Of a stretch of 64,000 nt of DNA, positions 25,301-33,999 are shown in pieces. This stretch comes from Aplysia californica. Its lineage: Eukaryota. A program made the position numbers and the translations under genes. The stretch lies in contig NW_004797279.1 of NCBI RefSeq assembly GCF_000002075.1, positions 1,721,962 to 1,785,961 on the forward strand, written 5' to 3'. Numbering within the stretch: the stretch's first letter is position 1; every line of letters begins with the position of its first letter. The notes beneath the pieces are model-generated. The model was not told the DNA's origin and made no database searches. It worked only from the letters and a program-made list of their open reading frames with translations.

Positions 25301-28300
25301 AAATATGAGATTTAGTTAAAAACAAAGTTTGTAATAATATATCACCAGAGCAAGCAGAAAATGGCAGCTGTGATTTGCAGGAAGATGCAGCTGACAATGA
25401 CCAGTCAATTGATACATCTTCAGGAAAGAAAAAGAAGTTCAGATGGGGAGCAACAATCACTGCTATTCTCGAAAAGAAGGGAGAAATGCCATTGAAAAAG
25501 TTGCGCAGAAAGGTGTGTCTTGTCTTTTTGTTTGCACAGTTTACATGTATTTAAAAAAATATGTATCAAGTTAATGTTCTATATTTACATTGACTATGAA
25601 ATAATGAACTTTTGAGAGAATGCTTGTTGTTGGTTCCACTGGCATTTCTAATATCAAAATGGATGATTGCAGTTTCTTTTTGATTGTTCTTGACCCTAGT
25701 GTCTTCATAAACTCACGTTTTTAGCTAAAATTATGCCTTCAGGCAGCGGGAGCGTCTACCCAAAATTTAGTTACGCCAAAAAGTTTACTCAAAAGCGGTT
25801 TCTACAAGTAGAATGGTTAGTGGACAGCTTTCACACAAGAACATAAAGTTATTTAAATGGATGATCTATGGTGTCAACCATCTGTCTTTTAGGACTTTAA
25901 TTCAATTGAGGTGAAGAACTTGATCCAAGTGGCACTTTGTGACTGAAACTTTTAGAAACTTATAAAGGCTGCAGCTATTTTGTTTTTCAATATTTTCATC
26001 TTTCTTTTATCTAGTACTAGCAATATGTACAGTCAAACCTCGTTGTACGCACCCCCCCCCCCCCAACTCCGTTGTACCGCCACGTGTTGCCAGTATACGA
26101 AAAAATCTCTCATATGAACATAGTATTTTGTGCCTTTACACTGCCATCCGCCAACTGTCTCAGTTGTATGGTCCTTATTAAACTACTGTAAATTTACCCT
26201 GTTTTACCACCAGTGAACTGGCCATTAGAAGTACACAGTACACACAAGGCTACACACGGTGCACGGCACATCCACTAGGTGATAGCTTGACAATCTTAAC
26301 ACACAAATCTCTACGAGCTAGGTCTAGGTCTCGATCTAATGCTTTTCGCTGATTTGCTCCATCTCTGCCCATCCCATCTCCCCACCCTTGTCTTGTAGAT
26401 TTCAGGCAATATAATGGATGAATCTAAAGGGATGTAGGGTGTCACCAACGAACTCAATACAATGTGTAATGTAGAAGAGTACAATAAAAAAAACCCATAA
26501 CTTTGCAATTCAGCATCAAATTTCTCTCCCCGTGTGAATCCGACTAAATTTAATACGCTGATTATGAAAATGCTATTATTTTGAGGCCTTGGTCAATATA
26601 TAAAAAAAAATGGAATTAAATTTATAAGTTGCCTGGAGAAACTTTAAAGAAACCTCGCCATCTTGTCCTCCCCTCCAACCTCTGGCAAAATATCTGGCGT
26701 CGCCAGTTATAAGCGCAAAACTTATAGGCTGGTGAATGCCCATGGGGCTTTTATTTAGTGGACTTGCACTCAAGTCTAAATGACATGGGAGAGAACTCGT
26801 TTTATAAATGTGTGTGATTGAGGTGATGTGATGTATGGTTGTATGTATGTATGTATGTCTGATGTATGTATGTAGGTAGGTGGGTGGGTGGGTGAGTAGG
26901 TAGGTAGGTAGGTAGGGAGGGAGGGTAGGTAGGTAGGTAGGTAGGTAGGTAGGTATGCATTCATGCATGCATGCATGCATTGAAAGAGATTGTACATGAT
27001 TTAATTTTTAGGCATTAGAAAAGTACTTTTTAAGACCTTGCAAATTTTTGTTCAACCATTATTAATTCAATTTAAACCCACCTGTTGCCTGCTGCTGACT
27101 GACTGGTGCTAACAAAAGGATAAATAGACATACATTAAGTTTCAGTTTTTACATACGAATAAAGGAGCATGTTGAGTAGTCAATGCCAATTTGTAAAGTT
27201 TGGCCATTTGTTATTTCACTTTTACTCTCTTTTCTAATATTAGATGTCCTTTGGTTGAGTTTTATGAAATGATTTGTAAAGACCACTAGCCCTTTGAGCC
27301 CTGACCTTCTGACACTACTGTGCCCTTCAGCCTGAGCTCCTGAGAGATATTACTAACATTTATATGATCGCGAGAATCACATTCCATATCCCACTCAGGG
27401 TAATAATAATAATAATAATAATAATAGATACATTTGTATAGCGCATATCCCCGCTCAACAGCAGGCTCTATGCGCTTCACACTAGTCCTTGTCATTACCA
27501 GTATCTAATTCAGAAAGATCTTTAAAATAATCAACAATGTCTTGTTTAGTAAACGCTCACTGCTGTACCAGTGGCTAGGCATACGGGCATTAAAATCAGC
27601 ATATCGTGATGTGGCAACCTGTAATGTGTGCGTTTAAGTGAGAATTTGTTTTGCTGTTCTGCTGTATAAGAAGTACAGTAATTGTGATATATGCTATGAA
27701 CCGTATTTTCCTTATTTTCTTTTATCTTTTTTTTTGAGAATGTATTTTGCTCTCCTTTCAGAGCCAGCCACATTTGTTTATCATTTCTTTTGCTTGCTTG
27801 TCTCTATTTTTTATGGCACAGCACTCAATATCTTAGACAGATAGACTCTTATCAAAGACAGTCTGCTGTATCGTAGTTTTGTCAGTTTTGAAAATACTCT
27901 GACTAAAGTTTAATTGATGTCAAGATGGCACCTTAAATACATCAATTTAATCTTTGAAAATTTTCTTCTCAGTTTCTAAATTCTGAGCTTCTTTTTAACG
28001 GAGTTAGGTGACAAAACAAAAAAAGAATATTTTCACCAGAAATCAGTGTTCAGAGTTGAATTTACTGGAGGGTCCTCTGTTTAAATGAGTAAATGGGTTG
28101 GCTGCGACAGCAGAGATATCAGCAGAAATATCAGGAACTCATATGTATGATCTTACTCATGAGAACACCTAAAGTTCCTCACTATTTGAATATTTTCACT
28201 TTCTGTCAACAGGTGCTGAGTGAATTTTCTGCCCAGGACGCTGCTAATTACAATGAAGAGAATCTGACTGCCAAATTCAATAAAAAGATCAACAAGATGC

Positions 28301-28341
28301 CAGGAGTCAGTGTGCTGAAGGAAAGAGTAAAACTAAAATGA
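13204..28341 (+). CDS. LYAR: Cell growth-regulating nucleolar protein LYAR, complete spliced CDS, 7 exons, 377 aa: join(13204..13325,16079..16193,18371..18478,23011..23094,24363..24774,25349..25512,28213..28341)
   Basis: N-terminus MVFFTCNACSEALKKNQVEKHTYKCRQCQSLSCVDCGKDFWGSEYLTHTKCITEDEKY is the LYAR-type C2HC zinc finger pair; NIPRKKAKFENFLKNSLRV motif; Lys/Glu-rich middle; C-terminal KFRWGATITAIL...LKKLRRKVL domain. All introns GT-AG with consistent phases; 1134 nt including TGA. Confidence 0.96.
13780..14908 (+). mobile_element. 5'-truncated non-LTR retrotransposon (RNase H + CCHC C-terminus; I/Ingi-like group) with (GA)n tail, LYAR intron 1
   Basis: RNase H motifs WTDGSA, CSSYRA, TDSRSA, LQWIPGHAGLAGNEEVDSIAKEA; zinc knuckle CRTCKEEDETIDHVFLKC; stop at 14879 then GAGAGA tail; internal stops and frameshift. 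Confidence 0.9.
15085..15300 (+). mobile_element. SINE with a family 1 head but a different 3' half
   Basis: Matches family 1 to ~15208, then switches to GGTCCTTTCGGAGATGGACGTTAAAC..GAGGTCCC and a TGACCTAATAGTGTTG tail. Confidence 0.75.
15318..15780 (+). mobile_element. Degenerate RTE-clade LINE reverse transcriptase fragment
   Basis: EKCREQHKPL / YIVFIDLAKAFDHVS, IKQG and DGGLYN remnants typical of RTE RT; many disablements. Confidence 0.75.
16079..16193 (+). CDS. LYAR: LYAR coding exon 2 (WGSEYLTHTKCITEDEKY...QEQWIE)
   Basis: Acceptor tttccAG, donor GAG|GTACTG, completes the second zinc finger. Confidence 0.95.
17400..18202. repeat. Long inverted repeat: ~290-bp arms (17400-17688 / 17909-18202), ~220-bp spacer, each arm containing a tRNA-like Pol III unit
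   Basis: Arms are reverse complements at roughly 90% identity by eye; mirrored ORFs 17468+/18134- have near-identical translations. Confidence 0.95.
18371..18478 (+). CDS. LYAR: LYAR coding exon 3 (KVQGAIEK...NIPRKKAKFE)
   Basis: Long pyrimidine tract + cttcAG, donor GAG|GTATTC, conserved NIPRKK motif. Confidence 0.94.
18929..20171 (-). mobile_element. 5'-truncated LINE 3' end (CCHC zinc knuckle, AAAG/AAAGT tail) inside MITE A1
   Basis: Minus-strand translation RREQVPIFHLQTQHIHLNSYLNRI...CLLCNCQDETVSHHLFSC...PDIGNTLYSD continues in frame once the 19040-19923 insert and one duplication are removed; ~12-bp flanking duplication GTCACTCCCTCT / GTCACTCTCTCG. Confidence 0.85.
19040..19923. mobile_element. 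hAT-like MITE
   Basis: Perfect 14-bp TIR CAGACCTGCCACTC; flanking duplication TATAAAG (7 bp, or 8 bp GTATAAAG if the terminal G is shared); subterminal ATCCCGATTT repeats. Confidence 0.88.
21218..22817 (-). mobile_element. Tc1-family DNA transposon, 1600 bp, in LYAR intron 3
   Basis: Perfect 27-bp TIRs AACTCGCACAAAAAAGTTAAGGAACAA (21218-21244 / 22791-22817); TA on both flanks; internal Tc1 transposase. Confidence 0.95.
21440..22455 (-). pseudogene. Tc1-like DD34E-class transposase, disrupted by a frameshift near 22030 and an in-frame stop at ~21878
   Basis: HTH N-terminus with RPRQGRPR; FSDESRF; LQDDNATLH; WPACSPDLNPIENIW; RGGYTHY C-terminus. D-to-E spacing here is 33, probably one deleted codon. 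Confidence 0.92.
23011..23094 (+). CDS. LYAR: LYAR coding exon 4 (NFLKNSLRV...VWDLLMTAANN)
   Basis: Acceptor ctcttcAG, donor AAT|GTGAGT, conserved NF.KNSL and VW motifs. Confidence 0.93.
23530..24170 (-). mobile_element. Decayed mariner-like transposase fragment (N-terminal HTH region), LYAR intron 4
   Basis: Residual IRKLIRDDRRLKIHDIAEILDLS...RKVSAHLVQTQL resembles mariner DRR.T...IA...RK..ARWVP..L; multiple stops and frameshifts. Confidence 0.7.
24363..24774 (+). CDS. LYAR: LYAR coding exon 5 (Lys/Glu-rich low-complexity region, likely nuclear/nucleolar targeting)
   Basis: Acceptor ttacAG, open frame (ORF 24351..24821), poly-Lys clusters, donor CAAG|GTAATG (phase 1). Confidence 0.92.
25349..25512 (+). 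CDS. LYAR: LYAR coding exon 6 (EQAENG...KKFRWGATITAILEKKGEMPLKKLRRK)
   Basis: Phase-1 acceptor caccAG (weak pyrimidine tract, so the 5' edge is less certain), donor AAG|GTGTGT, conserved KF.W...I..IL and LKKL.RK motifs. Confidence 0.88.
26030..26770. mobile_element. Old pogo-like MITE in LYAR intron 6
   Basis: TA|CAGTCAAACCTCGTTGTAC left end with repeated GTTGTAC motifs; right end degenerate. Confidence 0.5.
26830..26980. repeat. Compound tetranucleotide microsatellite (TATG/TGGG/TAGG/TGCA)
   Basis: Direct reading. Confidence 0.95.
27402..27482 (-). mobile_element. SINE family 1 (or partner LINE) 3' tail only
   Basis: (ATA)n plus CATTTGTATAGCGCA...CTCTATGCGCTTCACA matches 37124-37188. Confidence 0.75.
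28213..28341 (+). CDS. LYAR: LYAR terminal coding exon 7 (VLSEF...KFNKKINKMPGVSVLKERVKLK*)
   Basis: Acceptor tcaacAG, conserved FNKKI...VLKE.VKL C-terminus, TGA at 28339-28341. Confidence 0.94.
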   Translation: MLSEFSAQDAANYNEENLTAKFNKKINKMPGVSVLKERVKLK

Positions 28342-28394
28342 TTATTTTTAGATTTGTAGTGCTTTGTTGAAATTGGGATGTTGAATGAAGAAGA

Positions 28395-28400
28395 AATAAA
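28395..28400 (+). terminator. Probable LYAR polyadenylation signal AATAAA
   Basis: AATAAA 54 nt after the stop, followed by T-rich sequence. Confidence 0.5.
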
Positions 28401-28565
28401 ATCTCTAAAACAATATTTTTCCTTTTTTTGTAGTATTTTATTTAATCTTACCATGTCCTTCTGCAAACCCTAGGTTCTATTCCCATTTTGTTTGAATTAA
28501 CTTAGTGCTTTTACAAGCTACTTCTGAAAAACTTAGTAAAATATAGAAATATTACAACAGTGACA

Positions 28566-29190
28566 CAGTGGAACTCGGATTCAATGAAGTCGACGGGCCT
28601 GACCTTCGATTTAGTTGAATCTGAGTGTTTGTATAGATAACAAACATGAGGTTTTTGTGTAGATAATTTCAGGCACCGAGCAAGTAATATTATCTATAAC
28701 GTATTGTTTGCCGAACAAGTTATGTTGCATGCGGCAATGTTTGATTCCACAGTCCAGCACGCAATTCATTAAATAGATTTGTGTCAAGACTTATTTATCT
28801 TTGTGATACTGATTAGTAGCCGGGGAAAAAAATAGCTGATGAGTTTGTATCTCTAGCGACGTTCCATATGTGGGCCATTTGTACCCCATCTCCCCAGACA
28901 TATGCACAGTCACACATGTGCTGGACGCTCGTTCGATCTCCGCTCACACTAAGACAAGTGTGCGTGCTAACAACACGTGTGTTGGTGTGAAAGGAGGTTG
29001 CTGATTTGTTGCAATAGGCAGTTCACTCTGCAAGCGACTTCGTTGAATCCGAGCTTGGTCATTTATGTGTTAGTTGAATCTGAGTTATTTTCATTGATTT
29101 TTATGAATTTAAAAAGAAACAAGGGTGCAAACTCCTTAAGTTCAATCCAAGTTCGTTGGGAAGATCAAGATCCGAACCTTTTCATTCCAA
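28566..29190 (+). mobile_element. MITE family D copy 2, ~225 bp downstream of the LYAR stop
   Basis: Starts CAGTGGAACTCGGATTCAATGAAGTC; aligns with the reverse complement of 12240-12997; right edge approximate. Confidence 0.75.
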
Positions 29191-30452
29191 GAATTACGGC
29201 TAGATAAGTGAAGATCTGTTCAACAGTTCAAGGTTAAGTTAAAGAGGCGTACATTGACGTAAAAATTGTCATTTTTAGATGGGGAAAAGGTTAGATGGTG
29301 AGTAGAGGGATAGTAAAAAAAAAGTTGGACCTACCAGTGGGGATCCCCAACCACCTGCAAGAACCATTTTCGAAAAGGGTGCAAGCCTCCGGTAGGCCTA
29401 CAAACAAATCTCAGCAAAGTTAAAGTCACTGTCCCCATGGTTTTATGCGCCTTGCATAATTCAATCATTTTTTGCATAATTTCTGATTATTTTCCTTTAT
29501 CATTCTTTGTTAAAACTAACAGAATCGCTTAATTTCACATTTTTGGGCTCAGTTTGCATAATTTCAGAATTTTTCTTGCATAAAACAACGGGGACAGAAG
29601 TTGGGATGCCATCATCATGCTAATAACTAGGAGTAATTCTTTCTAACAATAGATTTTTAAAGATGTTTTGTTTATCAAAACTCATTTTTCCAAACATATC
29701 ATGCTGTATTTGTGCAACTATGTTTTTGTTTTGTTTTTTCTCTTTATTATAAAGAGAAGCACATCGACTCGATACTCAATAGTGGTCATTTAGTGCTGAG
29801 AAAAACGTAAGACAGACAGACAGAAACAGCAGAGGGAAAGTAAAGTGAAGAAGTAGGACCTACCAGTGGCACCTTCCTTCCGCCCACAATTATTTACGTA
29901 TTTTGCTAGGATGGCATGGGCTGTTTGGGTCCATCACAAATGTTAAAATAATACAATTTGTAAGTGACACAATGTTCCAAGTTAATTTCCACATCATGAG
30001 AGCACAAATCTTGATCTGGTACACTAAATGTTCGTACTGTAACCGCATACAGTATAAAGTATGCACTTTTATAGTTATACTGTTATAGATTAAAAGAAGA
30101 CTGACATCCATATTTTTTGTGCATTATCAGCATTTTCATATGCCATCTTTTCAGTTCAAGACGAAAACATTTTTGTGCAATGAGAAATTTACCTCATTTT
30201 CAACTGCATATTTTTGTAAAATATTATGGACTCCGTGGTGTTACTTTCCAGTTCAACTTGCTCATTTCTCATTTTCATGAAAATGTCAGGACCTTAAATC
30301 AGTTTATGAAAATGCCATCAAAATGTTGGTAATCTGAATTGTGCTCCTTGGCTCAGTGGCTAGCTCTTAGTTGATGGGCTCTGTAAATCTTTGAACAAGT
30401 GTTTACGGGGATGTCTATAGCGCAAATACAATTTCGTATTCTGTGAGTACAA

Positions 30453-30900
30453 GTGGGCTCTCGTGGTCTGGAGGTTATAATGTTCGCTTCTCATTCAATA
30501 GGTCCTTGCTTCGCATACTGACCGCAACAGAAAATGTTCTTCTTTAAAATAAACATTTTCTCCTTTCCTCCTTTCTAAAATCATGTTCTGTCGTCTGCTT
30601 TTATCTTCACTTTCTGCCCCACCCCATGCCCCCTCCTCAGTCCTCTGGGCTCCTGACTCTTTCTACTGCTACTCCTTGGCTCCTTCATATTGGTGTCTTT
30701 ACTTTCAGCCACACCCCTGATCTTAGGGTGGGTAAGATCGAACTCCTCCTTGCTTTCTCGGTTAAAAGTAAGCTTTGGCCACCACCTGGGCAAAATTAAA
30801 TTCATTCTTACCAAACTGAATATGCCTAATGAATGTGTCCCCCACACTCATGTGACCGTACGCAGTTGCCAGCACCGTAGTAAAACACCCACAAAAAACA
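30453..30900 (+). mobile_element. SINE family 2 copy, head to tail, between the LYAR and DCTN1 3' ends
   Basis: Head GGGCTCTCGTGGTCTGGAGG; tail GTGACCGTACGCAGTTGCCAGCACCGTAGTAAAACAC + A-rich end. Confidence 0.8.
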
Positions 30901-30958
30901 AATATTTTTTTTTAGTACAACAACACAACCAGAAGAGAAGCAAACATAAATCAATGTA

Positions 30959-30964
30959 TTTATT
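30959..30964 (-). terminator. Probable DCTN1 polyadenylation signal (AATAAA on -), implying a ~2.9 kb 3' UTR
   Basis: TTTATT on + at 30959-30964, followed on the - strand by a GT/T-rich tract (tttatgtttgcttctcttctggttgtgttgttgt); I see no TE between here and the stop. Confidence 0.5.
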
Positions 30965-33861
30965 GATTTCCTCACAAACCACCAGCAGAAAGAAATCAAA
31001 GCTCTTAAACAAGATAAATTTTATGCAAAAGCATTTGAAAATGATAAATAGATTCCTTCCAGCACCTGCTAGCATATAACACAATTGTGACGCTATCTAC
31101 TCTCTTCTTGAAAGTCATGAAACAACTTATCATAAATATAAGTCTTCAACACTTTTCAAAGAAATTGCAAAAGCTAGTAGAGCTAGGCTTAAACCTGGGA
31201 TGGACAAAATGAACAGTCTATTTTCAGGGGCACATTACTACCATAGTTTTTTCATAAACTTACAGTGCATGAAAAATGTGAAAGGATAAGATAAAACAAC
31301 ATACATTAAATACCTTCAAGTAGGCCTACATTCAAGATTATTAGTATCATAAATATGTTAATAGGTCAAATTATGAATTAATTTTTTCTACAATTCTATA
31401 TTTCAAAGGTTATCCCCCCCCCCCCCCCAACCAAAACAATAACAAAAAACTCCCAACAAAACCAAATAGACAAAAGAGGCACTAAGCCTTTCCAATATTA
31501 AGTTAAACCTTATTTGGTTATGTGCAACAGAGGATTCAGTAACCTTGGTCTTCTGCTTGTTTCGTAACTGTTACATTCTTTTAATGCAACTTCTAAAACC
31601 AGATTGACACAAAAATGACTTGAAAAGAAACCTTAAACTTTGCACCTAAGTCAAAGACTGTAAGACAGAACTTAAAAGGGTACGAGAGTAGTAACAGGAT
31701 TTTAAAAAAGTGATTGCACTAAACCCCTTAGTAAAAAGAACTTGTCTACACATTAAACATAAGAACAACTAATGACCAACCCTTTCAAAACTGGACCATT
31801 CGTCATTTCTTTGGAAAAACCATATTAAATGTTCTCATTTAGGTCTCTTATTTATCTCTTCTCCTCCTACCCCAACCAAACTTTTCATGAACTTGAATGA
31901 GTAAACAGGTGAAAAAAAAGGTAAGTGTTACCACTTGGAGAATTCATATTGTATAACATTTCTTTCCCAGCATAAGACTAATAAGAAACTTTTTAAATCT
32001 GCGAAATATAAGTACCGGTAAACTACAAATTTTCTCAAAATAAGACTTTCATTGTAACGAAAGGGCTAGTACCTGTAGAATGGCAAGACAATTGAACAAA
32101 TACCAAGCTCTCAAAAAATTCTCTCTTTAAGACTTCACACACAACAACACAAAGGGAAGGCGGTCACTCTTATACAGAACACAGGTAGAATTATCAGAAG
32201 AGAATGTTCACTCCATTTCTCCCAAATTACATCTTGACACCCCCCCCCCCCAAAATAAAATAAAAAATCACTTCCTGAAACAAGAAACATAGAACACAAC
32301 AATAAAAACAGACAGGCCAGTTACACAACCTGATAAACTTCTGTGGTCAAATGAATAAGAAGTCATGAAACATCATCCAATTTCAAGTACATGCATGGTA
32401 ATGCCGATTTTCTCCCTACTCATGAGTCTTGATAAAAATAACCAACAGACCCTTCAGAAAACCCCGCCTGACAGTCTGCAACAGGAGTATAAAGTACTTG
32501 GCTTTGGGAACATGACGAAAAATCCCCAATTTTAGTAGACTTGTCGCTGAACCCACTTGTTACAGAAGTGTCCATGTAAATCTACAAAGAGTAGACATTT
32601 TGTAGGGCACAAAACAAGTACCACAGCTGATCTAAAAGTAAAACCTACTTGCCATCGAAAAAGCACTTTCAATCCTGTGAAAAACTGTTCATGCAGGGAA
32701 ACTGTAGTCCAAGGGAAAATGAGATACAGTGGAATTAAATATGTGCTGTCTCAGTCTCTGTTTGACAAAACATCTATAGCCTCAAAGTGTTACAAACCGA
32801 TTGTTTTTCATCTAAAAGTTGTAAAATATCAGGTCTCACTTTCTGCCAAGGAAATATTTTCACAAAAAATATTTCAATGCCACTCTAAACACATGATACG
32901 TCATGTCGAAGCAAAGTGCTCCCCCAACAGAAAAAAACTATTTTGACTCTGAAAGGAACCGATCCTGGACAAACCAGATGGATCTGGCTTCAACTTCAAT
33001 TTCGCATACGTCTGTCAAGTTGGTCACTGACTGTGTGACAACAAAACACCCACTGGGTGACAATACAACTCCCAAATGAGTATTATGAGGAACATTTAGT
33101 TACATTTGACAGGTACAATAAACAAAGGACAAATGACAGTACAATGACTGGCTCCGTATCACTAGCGAAAGAATACAACAATCACAGTTTGCAACCAACA
33201 AAAATTGTGCTGGAAATCATACCAAAAAAAAAAACCCAACTAAAGGGGGACCAGGGTTGTTGATATAAGCGTAACAAATTTGTTCACAATGCACAATCTT
33301 GGCAGGGATAAGGTGAGTTAGTTTTTGTTTGTCAGCAGACTTGAAGAGAAACATATCACCATGAAAAGGGCTTTACTGTCTAGGGGAGAGAGAGAGAGAT
33401 CCACACAGGAGAGGAGAGAGAAACACTGAGACAAAGCATATCCAATTGGCAGTGCAAAGGCACTGTCACAACAACATCAGATCAATTTTTGCTCTAAATC
33501 GACTACCATGCCCTCTAGGACCATCAGAGACTACTTTTTTGTCAATCTTAACCAAAATGTGCACATACTCGGGCTTCCCAATAAACAGCATATTAATTTT
33601 CCTATTAATGATTTGCTTCATTTATGGATATTTTTCTCATAGTAACATTTTTTCTCATTCAATCATGAAACTTTAACTTAAAGTAAACTAGATCCATTCT
33701 AGATAAGGCCTTTAATGATGATGTGATTCTCTTCAAAGGGTTGGAAGCCAACTTTTTGTCAATGCTAACACAAACACATACAGAAAGAGGAAACACTACA
33801 GATACATTGGCAGGGAAAAAGCATTAAGTCATGAAAATATATAAACATAAATCCTACAAAA

Positions 33862-33999
33862 CTACATGATAAGTTTTCCATGAATTCGGCGTAGCTGGTC
33901 TGGTTGCACACTGATTGGGATAACGTCACCTTTTCCTGATGGGACTGGTATCCGAATGCTTCCGATCTTGACACTATCACTGGTCTTCTCATGGAGCAT
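33862..33999 (-). CDS. DCTN1: DCTN1 terminal coding exon (MLHEKTSDSVKIGSIRIPVPSGKGDVIPISVQPDQLRRIHGKLIM*)
   Basis: gtccAG acceptor, TAG stop, matches the p150 C-terminal QL..(I/L)H..LI motif. Confidence 0.93.
   Translation of the reverse strand: MLHEKTSDSVKIGSIRIPVPSGKGDVIPISVQPDQLRRIHGKLIM

Noticed and set aside
25855-25930. Possible C/D snoRNA (TGGATGAT...TTGATCCA)
   Set aside because: Box C and box D are both non-consensus and no rRNA-complementary guide was recognised.
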